39,928 nucleotides of DNA from Caldimonas sp. (lineage in GTDB: Bacteria; Pseudomonadota; Gammaproteobacteria; Burkholderiales; Burkholderiaceae_C): positions 1 through 39,928 of the forward strand of contig JBDTCA010000360.1 of NCBI GenBank assembly GCA_039923815.1, given 5' to 3'. Both the position numbers and the translations under genes were made by a program. Below, piece by piece: positions 17,285 to 26,780 of this stretch (the stretch's first letter is position 1; each line of letters starts with the position of its first letter). The notes beneath the pieces were generated by a model. That model saw nothing but the letters and a program-made list of their open reading frames with translations, was not told the origin of the DNA and did no database searches.

Positions 17285-20200
17285 ATGAACGACCCCCAAG
17301 ACCCCGAACGCGAGATGCCGAGGCAGGGGCAGGACCGCATCGAGCCGGACCCCGACTTCGCCGAAGTCGCTGCCGCCGAGGCGCTCGAAGACGGCGTTCC
17401 GGTGCCACGCCCCGGCATGCCGATGATGGTCGGCATCGGCGGCTCGGCCGGTGCAGTGCAGGCGCTGCAGACCTTCTTCTCGAACGTTGCACCCGATACC
17501 GGGATGACCTTCGTGGTCGTGATGCACCTCGCGGCCGACCGGGAAAGCGCTCTCGCTGCCATCCTCGGCCGCGCGACCGCGATGCCGGTGACCCAGGTCG
17601 ACGGCCGCGTCGCCGTCGAGCCGAACCATGTCTACGTGATTCCGCCCGGCCAGGCGCTCGAATCGGCAGACGGGCATCTCGAGTGCAGGGAGCTGACGCC
17701 CGATCGCGGCCGCCGCGTCGCTGTCGATCTCTTCTTTCGCACCCTGGCCGACACCCATGGGCCGCGCGCCTGCGCCATCGTGCTGTCGGGCGCCGACGGC
17801 GACGGCACGATCGGCCTGAAGCGCATCAAGGAGCGCGGCGGCCTGACGATCGCGCAAGACCCCGACGAGGCCGAGTTCGGCAGCATGCCGCGTTCGGCCA
17901 TCGCCACCGGCATGGTCGACTGGATCCTGCACGTGGTGGACATGCCGGCCCGGCTGGCCCGCTACCACCACATCCTGCCGCGCCTGAAATTGCCGCCCGA
18001 AGCCGGCGAGCCCTTGCGCGCATTGCCGGTGCGGCCCGGAGACGAGCTCGAGGCGTCGCTGCGCGAAGTTCTCGTCTACCTGCGCACGCAGACCGGTCGC
18101 GACTTCGTCCACTACAAGCGGGCCACCATCCTGCGCCGGCTGGCCCGGCGGATGAGCGTCAACGGCATCGAGGACCTGGTCGGCTACCTGGCCTTCATGC
18201 GCACCCATCCGGCCGAGGCCGGCGTGCTGCTCCAGGACCTGCTCATCAGCGTCACCAACTTCTTTCGCGACCGCGAGGCCTTCGATGCGCTGCAGGCGCA
18301 GTTGCCGCAACTGTTCGAGGGCAAGTCGTCGGGCGATGCCGTGCGGGTGTGGGTGGTGGGCTGCGCGACCGGCGAAGAGGCCTATTCGATCGCGATGATG
18401 CTGTTCGAGCACGCCGACACGCTGCAGGCACCGCCCTCGATCCAGGTCTTCGCCACCGACCTCGACGAACAGGCCATCCGCACCGCACGCGGCGGCGTCT
18501 ATCCGAGCGCCATCACTGCCGACGTCTCGGAAGAGCGGCTGCGCCACTTCTTCACCCGCGAAGCGCACAACTATCGCGTTCGCAGCGAGTTGCGCGAGGC
18601 GGTGCTGTTCGCGGTGCACGACGCGCTGCGCGATTCGCCGTTCGCGCGGCTCGACCTGCTGTCGTGCCGCAACCTCCTGATCTACGTCACGCGTGAAGCG
18701 CAGAGCCGCTTCCTGGAGACCGCGCATTACGCGCTGCGCTCCGGTGGCCGCCTCTTTCTCGGCGCCTCGGAAACGGTCGACATCCACGACGACCTGTTCG
18801 TTGCCATCGACAAGCACCACCGCATCTACGAGCCGCGCCGCGTCGGCCGCCTGGTGTTGCCGACGCTGCCCGTGCCGATGCCGATGGGCGCCGGCCCCGA
18901 TCAGCACCCGGCCCGGCTCGACCTGTCGTCAGGGCCGGGAGCGGCAATGAGGCTCGGCCGGTCCGGTGCCAGGGTGCCGCTGGCAGGACCGGCCGACGAG
19001 GCCTCCGGCATGTCGTGGCGCGAGCTTCACCTGAAGCTGATCGAACGGTTCGCGCCAGCCTCGATCGTCATCAACGAGGCCGGCACGATCGTCCACCTGT
19101 CGCAGGGCGCCGGTCGTTTCCTGCGCTTCACGGGGGGCGAGCCGAGCGTCGATCTGGTCGAGGCCGTGCTGCCGGCGCTGTCGATCGACCTGCGCACGGC
19201 GCTGCTGCGGGCGCGCGACGGCGAGCAGCCCGCCGAGTCGCTGCCCGTGCGCCTCGAAGGCTGCGACGACAGCGTCGTCATGCGTGCTGGCCGTGCCGAC
19301 GATCTCTGCGCCGGCTTCATGATCGTGACCTTCGACCTCCACGAGCACGCGGCCGGCGCACCGCCGGCAAACGTGCGCGCCCCCGAGAGCGACAACGCGG
19401 TGCGCCTGAGCCGCCAGATCGACGACCTCAAGTGGCACCTGCGCGAGGTCACCGAAAGCGGGGAAGTATCGACACAGGAGCTCAAGGCCAACAACGAAGA
19501 GCTCCAGGCCATCAACGAAGAGCTGCGGTCGGCGACCGAAGAGCTCGAGACCAGCCGCGAGGAGCTGCAGTCGATCAACGAGGAGCTGACGACGGTCAAT
19601 CACGAGCTGAAGAGCAACGTCGACGAGCTGGGCCGCACCAACGCCGACCTGCAGAACCTGATGGCCGCCACGGCGATCGCGACGGTCTTCCTCGACCGCC
19701 AGCTGTGCATCCGGCGCTACACGCCGTCGGCCGAGACGATCTTCAACCTGATCGGCACCGATGTCGGCCGGCCGCTCTCCGATCTTGTCAGCCGCCTCGA
19801 CTACCCGCAGATGGGCGACGACGCGCGCCGCGTGCTGGCCGAGCTGGCGCCGATCGAGCGCGAGGTCCATGCCGGCCACGACGCCTATCTGGCCCGGGTG
19901 CTGCCCTACCGCGACAGCGAAGACAGGATCGCCGGCGTCGTCTTCACCTTCCTCGACATCACGGCGCGCAAGTTCGACAGCGACGCCCTGCGCGAATCCG
20001 AGGCAAAGCTGCGCGCCATCGTCGGCCAGGCCGCCGCCGGCGTTGCCCACCTCGATCTCGCGGGCCGGTTCACCTTCGCCAACCCGCGCTATGGCCAGAT
20101 CCACGGCGTTGCCGAGAGCGAGCTGATCGGCCTGCCCATGCTCGATCTGGTGTACCCGGCCGACCGCGAGCGCGAGCGCGTCGCTTTCTCGCAGCTGATC

Positions 20201-21511
20201 GCCGAGGGCCGTTCCTTCGAGATGGAAAAGCGCCACGTGCGGCCAGACGGCAGCCTCGTGTGGGTGAGCTCGGCCGTGGCGCCGATGGTCGACCAGGCCG
20301 GTCACCCCAAGGCCGTGATCGCGATCCTGCTCGACATCACGGGGCGCAAGGCCGCCGACCAGGCGTTGCGCAAGTCGGAGGAGCGGCTTCGCCTGCTGCT
20401 CGAGAACGCTCGCGAATACGCGATCGTCGGCATGGAGACCGATCGCACGGTGACGAGCTGGAACCGCGGCGCCGAGCGGCTGCTCGGCTTTCGCGAGCAG
20501 GAGATCCTCGGTCGCAAGGCCGACCTCATCTTCACCGAGGAAGACCGCGCCGCAGGGGCCCCGGAACGCGAGGCCTCGGTTGCCATGGCCGACGGCCGCG
20601 CCGTCGACGAGCGCTGGCACCAGCGCAAGGACGGCAGCCGCTTCTGGGGCAGCGGCATGATGATGGCGATGCACGAGGGCGAGGCCGACGAGATCGTCGG
20701 CCTGCTCAAGATCTTCCGCGACGAGACCGCGATGCAGATGGCCCAGGTCGCCCTCGAGACCAGCCGTTCCGAACTGGTCCAGGCGCTGGTCGAGAATCGC
20801 CGCGCCCGTGCCGAGGCGGAGGCCGCCAGCCAGGCGAAAGACCGCTTCCTGGCGATCCTCTCGCACGAATTGCGCACGCCGATGACGCCGGTCGTGATGG
20901 CGCTGCACGCGCTCGACCGCAACACCGAGCTGCCGGCCTCGGCGCGCGGCACGGTCGCGCTGATCATGCGCAACGTCAAGGCCGAACTCCACCTGATCGA
21001 CGACCTGCTCGACGTCACGCGCATCGCGAGCGGCAAGTTCGAGCTGTTGCAGGAAACCGTCGACATGCACCAGGTGATCCGCGCCGCAGCCGACATCTGC
21101 GAGGCCGACCTCGCCGCCCGAAGGCAGCGCCTGCGTTTGCTGCTCGAGGCGCCGCGGTCGATGGTCAGCGGCGATGGCCAGCGGCTGCAGCAGGTGGTTT
21201 GGAACCTGCTCAAGAACGCTGCCAAGTTCACCGCCGCCGAAGGCGAGATCCGCATCGAGACACGCAACGTCGACGGCCGGTTCGCCCTCCAGGTCATCGA
21301 CAACGGCATCGGCATCGATCCGGCCGCCTTGTCGACGATCTTCGACGAGTTCGCGCAGGAGGGTGCCTGGGTCACGACCGAATTCGGCGGCCTCGGCCTC
21401 GGGCTGGCAATCGCCAAGGCCACCGTCGACGCCCACCACGGCACGCTCGTTGCTGCAAGCGACGGCCGGGACCGCGGGGCCAGTTTCACCGTGGAGTTGC
21501 CACTTGCCTGA
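17285..21511 (+). CDS. CheB-CheR-coiled coil-PAS-histidine kinase fusion
   Basis: CheB triad (GGSAGA, VVMHL, SGADGDG), CheR (SVTNFFRD, VWVVGCATGEEAYS, FATDLD, SCRNLLIY), ELQSINEEL heptads, PAS/PAC domains, SHELRTP, NLLKNAAKFT, DNGIGI, GLGLGL. Confidence 0.93.
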   Translation: MNDPQDPEREMPRQGQDRIEPDPDFAEVAAAEALEDGVPVPRPGMPMMVGIGGSAGAVQALQTFFSNVAPDTGMTFVVVMHLAADRESALAAILGRATAMPVTQVDGRVAVEPNHVYVIPPGQALESADGHLECRELTPDRGRRVAVDLFFRTLADTHGPRACAIVLSGADGDGTIGLKRIKERGGLTIAQDPDEAEFGSMPRSAIATGMVDWILHVVDMPARLARYHHILPRLKLPPEAGEPLRALPVRPGDELEASLREVLVYLRTQTGRDFVHYKRATILRRLARRMSVNGIEDLVGYLAFMRTHPAEAGVLLQDLLISVTNFFRDREAFDALQAQLPQLFEGKSSGDAVRVWVVGCATGEEAYSIAMMLFEHADTLQAPPSIQVFATDLDEQAIRTARGGVYPSAITADVSEERLRHFFTREAHNYRVRSELREAVLFAVHDALRDSPFARLDLLSCRNLLIYVTREAQSRFLETAHYALRSGGRLFLGASETVDIHDDLFVAIDKHHRIYEPRRVGRLVLPTLPVPMPMGAGPDQHPARLDLSSGPGAAMRLGRSGARVPLAGPADEASGMSWRELHLKLIERFAPASIVINEAGTIVHLSQGAGRFLRFTGGEPSVDLVEAVLPALSIDLRTALLRARDGEQPAESLPVRLEGCDDSVVMRAGRADDLCAGFMIVTFDLHEHAAGAPPANVRAPESDNAVRLSRQIDDLKWHLREVTESGEVSTQELKANNEELQAINEELRSATEELETSREELQSINEELTTVNHELKSNVDELGRTNADLQNLMAATAIATVFLDRQLCIRRYTPSAETIFNLIGTDVGRPLSDLVSRLDYPQMGDDARRVLAELAPIEREVHAGHDAYLARVLPYRDSEDRIAGVVFTFLDITARKFDSDALRESEAKLRAIVGQAAAGVAHLDLAGRFTFANPRYGQIHGVAESELIGLPMLDLVYPADRERERVAFSQLIAEGRSFEMEKRHVRPDGSLVWVSSAVAPMVDQAGHPKAVIAILLDITGRKAADQALRKSEERLRLLLENAREYAIVGMETDRTVTSWNRGAERLLGFREQEILGRKADLIFTEEDRAAGAPEREASVAMADGRAVDERWHQRKDGSRFWGSGMMMAMHEGEADEIVGLLKIFRDETAMQMAQVALETSRSELVQALVENRRARAEAEAASQAKDRFLAILSHELRTPMTPVVMALHALDRNTELPASARGTVALIMRNVKAELHLIDDLLDVTRIASGKFELLQETVDMHQVIRAAADICEADLAARRQRLRLLLEAPRSMVSGDGQRLQQVVWNLLKNAAKFTAAEGEIRIETRNVDGRFALQVIDNGIGIDPAALSTIFDEFAQEGAWVTTEFGGLGLGLAIAKATVDAHHGTLVAASDGRDRGASFTVELPLA

Positions 21512-21521
21512 GGACGATGCG

Positions 21522-21953
21522 ATGGATGGGAATGAGAGGGCCGGCGCGGCGGTGCCCTCAGGTCAGCAAGTGCCGGGGCGCCTGGCGAGCCTGCGGATCT
21601 TCATCGTCGAGAACCACGACGACACGCGCTTTCTCCTCGGCCTGCTGCTCGAGCAGTTGGGTCACAGCGTGGCTTCGGCCGCAAGCGTGACCGAAGCGCT
21701 GACCCGGATCCCCGAGGCCCGCTGGGACGTGCTGATCTCCGACATCGGCCTGCCCGACGGCAGCGGCTGGGACCTGATGCAGCGGCTCGGTACCGGCCGG
21801 CCGCGCTACGCCATCGCCATGAGCGGCTTCGGCATGCGCTCGGACCGCGATCGCAGCCTCGCCGCCGGTTACCGGCACCATCTTCTGAAGCCGGTCGAGC
21901 CGAACCAGCTCGAGCACCTTCTCGACGAAGCGGCCACCGAACTCGCAGGCTGA
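21522..21953 (+). CDS. Single-domain response regulator receiver
   Basis: IFIVEN, LISDIGLPDGSG, IAMSGFG, HLLKPV. RBS GAGGA at 21510-21514. Confidence 0.88.
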   Translation: MDGNERAGAAVPSGQQVPGRLASLRIFIVENHDDTRFLLGLLLEQLGHSVASAASVTEALTRIPEARWDVLISDIGLPDGSGWDLMQRLGTGRPRYAIAMSGFGMRSDRDRSLAAGYRHHLLKPVEPNQLEHLLDEAATELAG

Positions 21954-21966
21954 CGGCGTCACGGGC

Positions 21967-23247
21967 GTGACCCCCAGCACGCTCGTCGATTCCCCGTTGG
22001 CATGGCGGCGCCTCGCCGTGGCCCTCGCGACCATGACGGTGGGCAGCAGCGCGATGTATGTCATTGCCGTCGTGCTGCCGAGCGTGCAGAAGGAGTTCGG
22101 CGTCGCCCGGGCCGATGCCTCGCTGCCTTACACGATGCTCATGCTCGGCTTCGGCATCGGCGGCGTCTTCATGGGCCGTCTCGCCGACCGCCGCGGCATC
22201 GCCCTGCCCTTGCTCATCGGCGCCGGGGGCCTCGGCTTCGGCTTCGTCGCGGCCAGCCTGTCGGGCAGCATCTGGACCTTCGCCATCGTGCACGGGCTGC
22301 TGCTCGGCCTCGTCGGCGCCTCGGCAAGCTTCGCGCCGCTGGTGGCCGACACCTCGCTCTGGTTCCTGCGCCGCCGCGGCATCGCCGTGGCCATCTGCGC
22401 CAGCGGCAACTACGTCGCCGGCGCGATCTGGCCGCCGATCGTGCAGCACTTCGTCGAGAGCGTCGGCTGGCGCCAGACCTACATCGGACTCGGCGTCTTC
22501 TCGGCGGTGGCGATGACCCTGCTGGCGCTCTGCATGCGCGGTCCGCGGCCGGCGACGGCGCCGGTGGCCGCGGTCGCCCGGCCCGGTGCGCCGGTACCGT
22601 CGATGCGCCCTTTCGGGCTGTCGCTCAACGCTGCCCAGGGCCTTCTCTGCGTCGCCGGCGTGGCGTGCTGCGTGGCGATGTCGATGCCCCAGGTGCACAT
22701 CGTCGCCTACTGCGGCGACCTCGGCTACGGCGCCGCCCGGGGCGCCCAGATGCTGTCGCTGATGCTGGCCTGCGGCGTCGTCAGCCGGCTCGTCTCGGGC
22801 GCCATCTGCGACCGCATCGGCGGCCTGCGCACGCTGCTGCTCGGCTCGATGCTGCAGGGACTGGCCCTGCTGCTGTTCCTGCCGTTCGACTCCCTCGTGT
22901 CGCTCTACATCGTCTCGGCACTGTTCGGCCTGTTCCAGGGCGGCATCGTGCCGGCCTACGCGATCATCGTGCGCGAATATTTCCCGCCGGCCGAGGCCGG
23001 GGCCCGCGTCGGCACCGTCCTCATGTGCACGCTCTTCGGCATGGCGTTCGGCGGCTGGCTCTCGGGCAAGGTCTTCGACCTCACCGGTTCGTATCACGCG
23101 GCGTTCATCAACGGCATCGGCTGGAACCTGGTCAACCTCACGGTGGTGCTGTTCCTGCTGTCCCGCGTTCGGGGCCAGCGCTACCGGTCGGAGAAGAACG
23201 GCAGCTCGACCTCGAAGTCGGCCACCGCGCCCTGGACGATGCGGTAG
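21967..23247 (+). CDS. MFS transporter
   Basis: About 12 TM helices, motif-A-like GRLADRRG and GAICDRIG, WFLRRRGIAVAI, FDLTGSY. Confidence 0.88.
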   Translation: MTPSTLVDSPLAWRRLAVALATMTVGSSAMYVIAVVLPSVQKEFGVARADASLPYTMLMLGFGIGGVFMGRLADRRGIALPLLIGAGGLGFGFVAASLSGSIWTFAIVHGLLLGLVGASASFAPLVADTSLWFLRRRGIAVAICASGNYVAGAIWPPIVQHFVESVGWRQTYIGLGVFSAVAMTLLALCMRGPRPATAPVAAVARPGAPVPSMRPFGLSLNAAQGLLCVAGVACCVAMSMPQVHIVAYCGDLGYGAARGAQMLSLMLACGVVSRLVSGAICDRIGGLRTLLLGSMLQGLALLLFLPFDSLVSLYIVSALFGLFQGGIVPAYAIIVREYFPPAEAGARVGTVLMCTLFGMAFGGWLSGKVFDLTGSYHAAFINGIGWNLVNLTVVLFLLSRVRGQRYRSEKNGSSTSKSATAPWTMR

Positions 23248-23453
23248 ACGACCGGCTTCATCGACTCCGGGCCTTCCCAGGTCGAGCCACCGGGCCAGGT
23301 GTCGTCGCCTGTGGCCACGATGAAGCGCGTGCCGTCGCGGTAGTTGGCGTCGGCACGCAGGCGCCGGTTCAGCTCGGCCACGAACTCGGGTACGCTGATC
23401 GGAACCGGCGCCCGCGCCGGCCGAAGCAACTTCTTCCAGTGATCGGCGGACAT
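23181..23453 (-). CDS. Small hypothetical protein (about 90 aa)
   Basis: MSADHWKKLLRP...EFVAELNRRLRADANYRDGTRF...WEGPESMK. Natural composition and GC3-rich codons; covers the gap between the MFS and DUF72 genes. Confidence 0.55.
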   Translation of the reverse strand: MSADHWKKLLRPARAPVPISVPEFVAELNRRLRADANYRDGTRFIVATGDDTWPGGSTWEGPESMKPVVYRIVQGAVADFEVELPFFSDR

Positions 23454-23473
23454 ACGCCACTCGGGCAAGCGCT

Positions 23474-24463
23474 GTGCCGCAACACGACCTCGAAATCGAC
23501 CTGTTCGCAGCGGCCCTCATGGCCCCGACGACGCCTGCCCCGAGCGGGCCGGCGATTCGCGTCGGTACCGCGTCCTGGACCGACAAGACGCTGATCGCCT
23601 GCGGGCGCTTCTATCCGAAGGGCGCGGGCACGGCCGAGGCGCGGCTGCGCCACTACGCGTCGCAGTTTCCGATCGTCGAAGTCGACTCCAGCTACTACGC
23701 GATGCCGACGCCGGCCACGACCCAGCTCTGGGCCGAGCGCACGCCGAGCGGGTTCACGATGAACGTGAAGGCCTTCCGCATCTTCACCGGCCACCCGACC
23801 GAGGCCAAGGTCCTGCATGCCGACCTGCGCGCTGCCCTCGCGGCCTCGGAGCTACCGGCGCGCCTCTTCTACGGCGACCTGCCCGCCGACATCGCTTCGG
23901 AGCTGTGGGCGCGCTTTCGCGAGGCGCTGCTGCCGCTGCGCGCCGCCGGCAAGCTCGGCCTTGTCCACTTCCAGTTTCCGCCCTGGATCGTGGCCGATGC
24001 GACCGGGCACGCCACCGTCGAGCAATGCATCGCGCGCATGGCCGGCCACGACTGTGCCGTGGAGTTTCGCCATCGCAGCTGGTTCGCCGGCGAGCAGGCC
24101 GGCGCCACGCTCGCCTTCCTTCGCGGGCTGGGCGCGGCCCACACCGTGGTCGACGGACCCCAGGGCTTTCACAACAGCGTGCCGGCACTGTGGGAAGCCA
24201 CCCAGCCCGGCTTTGCGCTGGTTCGCCTGCACGGCCGCAACAAGGCGACCTGGAACGTGCGTGGCCAGACGTCCGCGTCGGACCGCTTCAACTACGACTA
24301 TCCCGACACCGAGCTCGCCGAGCTGGTGCCGAAAATCGAGCGGCTGGCGCTGACAGCCATGCAGACGCACGTGATCTTCAACAACAACATGGAAGACCAG
24401 GGCCAGCGCAACGCGCGAACGCTGACGAGCCTGCTGGCCGGACAGCGTTTGCCGCCTTCGTAG
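23474..24463 (+). CDS. DUF72 family protein
   Basis: RVGTASWTD, YASQFPIVEVDSSYY, VKAF, FQFPPW, VEFRHRSW, VRLHGRN, VIFNNN. Start may instead be the ATG near 23519. Confidence 0.9.
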   Translation: MPQHDLEIDLFAAALMAPTTPAPSGPAIRVGTASWTDKTLIACGRFYPKGAGTAEARLRHYASQFPIVEVDSSYYAMPTPATTQLWAERTPSGFTMNVKAFRIFTGHPTEAKVLHADLRAALAASELPARLFYGDLPADIASELWARFREALLPLRAAGKLGLVHFQFPPWIVADATGHATVEQCIARMAGHDCAVEFRHRSWFAGEQAGATLAFLRGLGAAHTVVDGPQGFHNSVPALWEATQPGFALVRLHGRNKATWNVRGQTSASDRFNYDYPDTELAELVPKIERLALTAMQTHVIFNNNMEDQGQRNARTLTSLLAGQRLPPS

Positions 24464-24527
24464 GACGCGTGCGCAATTGCGTGTCCTCGGTCTGTACGGC
24501 GCCCTCGCCGTTGCGTAGATTCGCCGC

Positions 24528-25637
24528 ATGGCAAAGCTGAAGCTCAAGGATTGGTGGTCGCTCACGAAAAGTGCCGCCACGTCGTGGATCGATGATTACG
24601 CGCCCAGCATGGGCGCGGCCCTGTCGTACTACACCGTGTTCTCGCTGGCGCCGCTGCTGCTCATCGTGGTGTCGGTGGCGGGGCTCGTGTTCGGGGAGGA
24701 AGCCGTTCGCGGCCAGCTCTTCAGCCAGCTGCAGGGCCTCATGGGCCAGGAAGCGGCGACCGCCGTGCAGGGCCTGCTCGCCAGCGTCAGCAAGCCTTCG
24801 AAAGGCATCGCCGGAACGGTGATCGGAGTCGCTGTGCTGCTGTTCGGCGCCACGACCGTGTTCGGCGAACTGCAGGATGCGCTCGACCGCATCTGGCGGG
24901 CCCCGGCGCGCAACAAGGTCGGCGGCATCTGGGGCCTGCTGCGAACGCGCCTGCTGTCGTTCGGAATGATCCTGGGCCTGGCGTTCCTGCTCATGGTCTC
25001 GCTTGTCTTCGGCGCGGTCCTTTCCGCCCTTGGCAGCTGGTGGGGTCCGATGTTCGGCGGCTGGGAAGTGCTGGCGCAGGTCGTCAACGTGGTCGTCGGC
25101 TTCGCCCTGACGACCGGCGTCTTCGCGATGATCTACAAGCTGATGCCGCGGGTGACCGTGCGCTGGCACGACGTCTGGCTGGGCGCGCTCGTCACCTCCG
25201 CGCTGTTCACGATCGGCAAGTTCCTGATCGGCCTGTACATCGGCAAGACCGGCGTCGCGTCCGGATTCGGCGCCGCGGGCTCGCTGGTCGTCGTCTTCGT
25301 CTGGGTCTACTACTCGGCGCAGATCTTCCTCGTCGGCGCCGAGTTCACCTGGGTCTACGCGCGCACTTTCGGCTCGCGCAAGGGCGACGTGGCCGACCCG
25401 GCACCGGCCGCAGTGCCCGCCGCTGCCGCGGTGGCGACGGCCGGCGCCGAAGCGGTGCCGAGCCGGAGCGGCGCCGCGGCGGCCGAAGTCGCGGTCGCCG
25501 ATGGTGATACCCACGGCAAACCGTCGGCACGACCGGGCGAGGTGCCTCAGCCGTCGTCGTGGGCCGACATCGGCACCGGGGTCGCCGTGGTGCTGGCACT
25601 GCGCTTCGTGTTGCCGCGGCTGCTGCGCCGCCTCTAG
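24528..25637 (+). CDS. YihY/BrkB family inner membrane protein
   Basis: DDYAPSMGAALSYYTVFSLAPLL, LQDALDRIW, FGAAGSLVVVFVWVYYSAQIFLVGAEFT. Confidence 0.92.
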   Translation: MAKLKLKDWWSLTKSAATSWIDDYAPSMGAALSYYTVFSLAPLLLIVVSVAGLVFGEEAVRGQLFSQLQGLMGQEAATAVQGLLASVSKPSKGIAGTVIGVAVLLFGATTVFGELQDALDRIWRAPARNKVGGIWGLLRTRLLSFGMILGLAFLLMVSLVFGAVLSALGSWWGPMFGGWEVLAQVVNVVVGFALTTGVFAMIYKLMPRVTVRWHDVWLGALVTSALFTIGKFLIGLYIGKTGVASGFGAAGSLVVVFVWVYYSAQIFLVGAEFTWVYARTFGSRKGDVADPAPAAVPAAAAVATAGAEAVPSRSGAAAAEVAVADGDTHGKPSARPGEVPQPSSWADIGTGVAVVLALRFVLPRLLRRL

Positions 25638-25648
25638 ATCCGGCCCTC

Positions 25649-26428
25649 GTGCGGGTCGCGACCTGGAACATCAACGGCATCAACCGGCGCTTGCCGCTGC
25701 TGCTCGGCTGGCTCGCCGAGACGCAGCCCGACGTCGTCTGCCTGCAGGAGCTGAAGTCGACCGACGCCGACTTTCCGAAGGCCGCCATCGACGCGGCCGG
25801 CTACGGTTCGCTGTGGGTCGGCCAGCGCAGCTGGAACGGCGTGGCGATCCTGGCCCGTGACCGCGAACCGATCGAGCTCCGGAGAACGTTGCCGGGCGAC
25901 GCTGCCGACACGCAGAGCCGTTACCTCGAGGCGGCCGTGGCCGGCATCGTCGTCGCCTCGATCTACCTGCCCAACGGCAACCCGCAGCCGGGGCCGAAGT
26001 TCGACTACAAGCAGGCCTGGTTCGAGCGCTTGATCGCGCATGCCCGCGAGCTGGCCGCGGGCGGCCATCCGGCGGTGCTTGCCGGCGACTACAACGTCGT
26101 GCCGACCGATGCCGTCGCCGACATCTACAACACCCGCTCGTGGCTCAAGAACGCGCTGCTGCAACCGGAGCCTCGCGCGGCCTTCCGGCAGCTGCTGGAC
26201 GCTGGCTGGACCGACGCCGTCCGTGCCCTGCATCCGGCCGATCCCGTCTACACCTTCTGGAGCGTGTTTCGCGACAGCTTCGGCCGTGATGCCGGCATGC
26301 GCATCGATCACCTGCTGCTGAGCGACAGCATGACGCCGCGACTGCACCGTGCCGGTGTCGACCGCGTCATGCGGGGCCGCGACAACCCCAGCGATCACGC
26401 GCCGGTCTGGATCGAGCTGCGGGAATGA
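25649..26428 (+). CDS. xth: Exodeoxyribonuclease III family AP endonuclease
   Basis: VATWNING, CLQELK, WNGVAIL, IYLPNGNP, AGDYNV, YTFW, RIDHLL, SDHAPV. GTG start at 25649. Confidence 0.92.
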   Translation: MRVATWNINGINRRLPLLLGWLAETQPDVVCLQELKSTDADFPKAAIDAAGYGSLWVGQRSWNGVAILARDREPIELRRTLPGDAADTQSRYLEAAVAGIVVASIYLPNGNPQPGPKFDYKQAWFERLIAHARELAAGGHPAVLAGDYNVVPTDAVADIYNTRSWLKNALLQPEPRAAFRQLLDAGWTDAVRALHPADPVYTFWSVFRDSFGRDAGMRIDHLLLSDSMTPRLHRAGVDRVMRGRDNPSDHAPVWIELRE

Positions 26429-26447
26429 CGTTTGCCACCGTTTCGCC

Positions 26448-26753
26448 ATGACCGACAAACACATCCAGGCCGAGGCCGACCAGGGCAACATGGCGAAGGA
26501 CCCTGCCGACTGGGTCACAGGCGACGAGCCGATGACCGGGGCGCAGAAGTCCTACCTGAAGACCCTGAGCGAAGAGGCCCACGTCGACTTCGACGAGTCG
26601 CTGAGCAAGGCCGCAGCCTCCAAACGCATCGACGAACTGCAGCACCAGACCGGGCGCGGGCTGAAGGACAAGGCGGGAGAGGGCAGGGCGCACGGCCAGG
26701 TCCAGGACGCCAACCCGGCCGACGACGGCACGACGATGTCGATCGGCCCCTGA
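26448..26753 (+). CDS. DUF3072 family protein
   Basis: KDPADWVTGDEPMTGAQKSYLKTLSEEA...LSKAAASKRIDEL signature. Confidence 0.88.
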   Translation: MTDKHIQAEADQGNMAKDPADWVTGDEPMTGAQKSYLKTLSEEAHVDFDESLSKAAASKRIDELQHQTGRGLKDKAGEGRAHGQVQDANPADDGTTMSIGP

Positions 26754-26757
26754 TACC

Positions 26758-26777
26758 CGGGAGCAGCCTCGCTCCCG
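26758..26777. terminator. Hairpin between convergent genes (possible terminator)
   Basis: CGGGAGC-AGCCTC-GCTCCCG is a perfect 7-bp stem but has no U-tract. Confidence 0.3.
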
Positions 26778-26780
26778 CGT

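Noticed and set aside
19480-19640. Repeated GAGCTG/AACGAAGAG units as a tandem repeat or CRISPR array
   Set aside because: They encode the coiled-coil heptads of the CheB/CheR fusion and have no repeat-spacer structure
21490-21600. Kinase and receiver as one frameshifted hybrid kinase
   Set aside because: The kinase ends at a normal HATPase terminus (FTVELPLA), the receiver has its own GAGGA RBS 7 nt before the ATG, and there is no slippery run
23454-23473. Second bidirectional promoter in the 20-bp gap between the small ORF and DUF72
   Set aside because: There is no AT-rich -10-like sequence in the gap, and the DUF72 start may be further downstream
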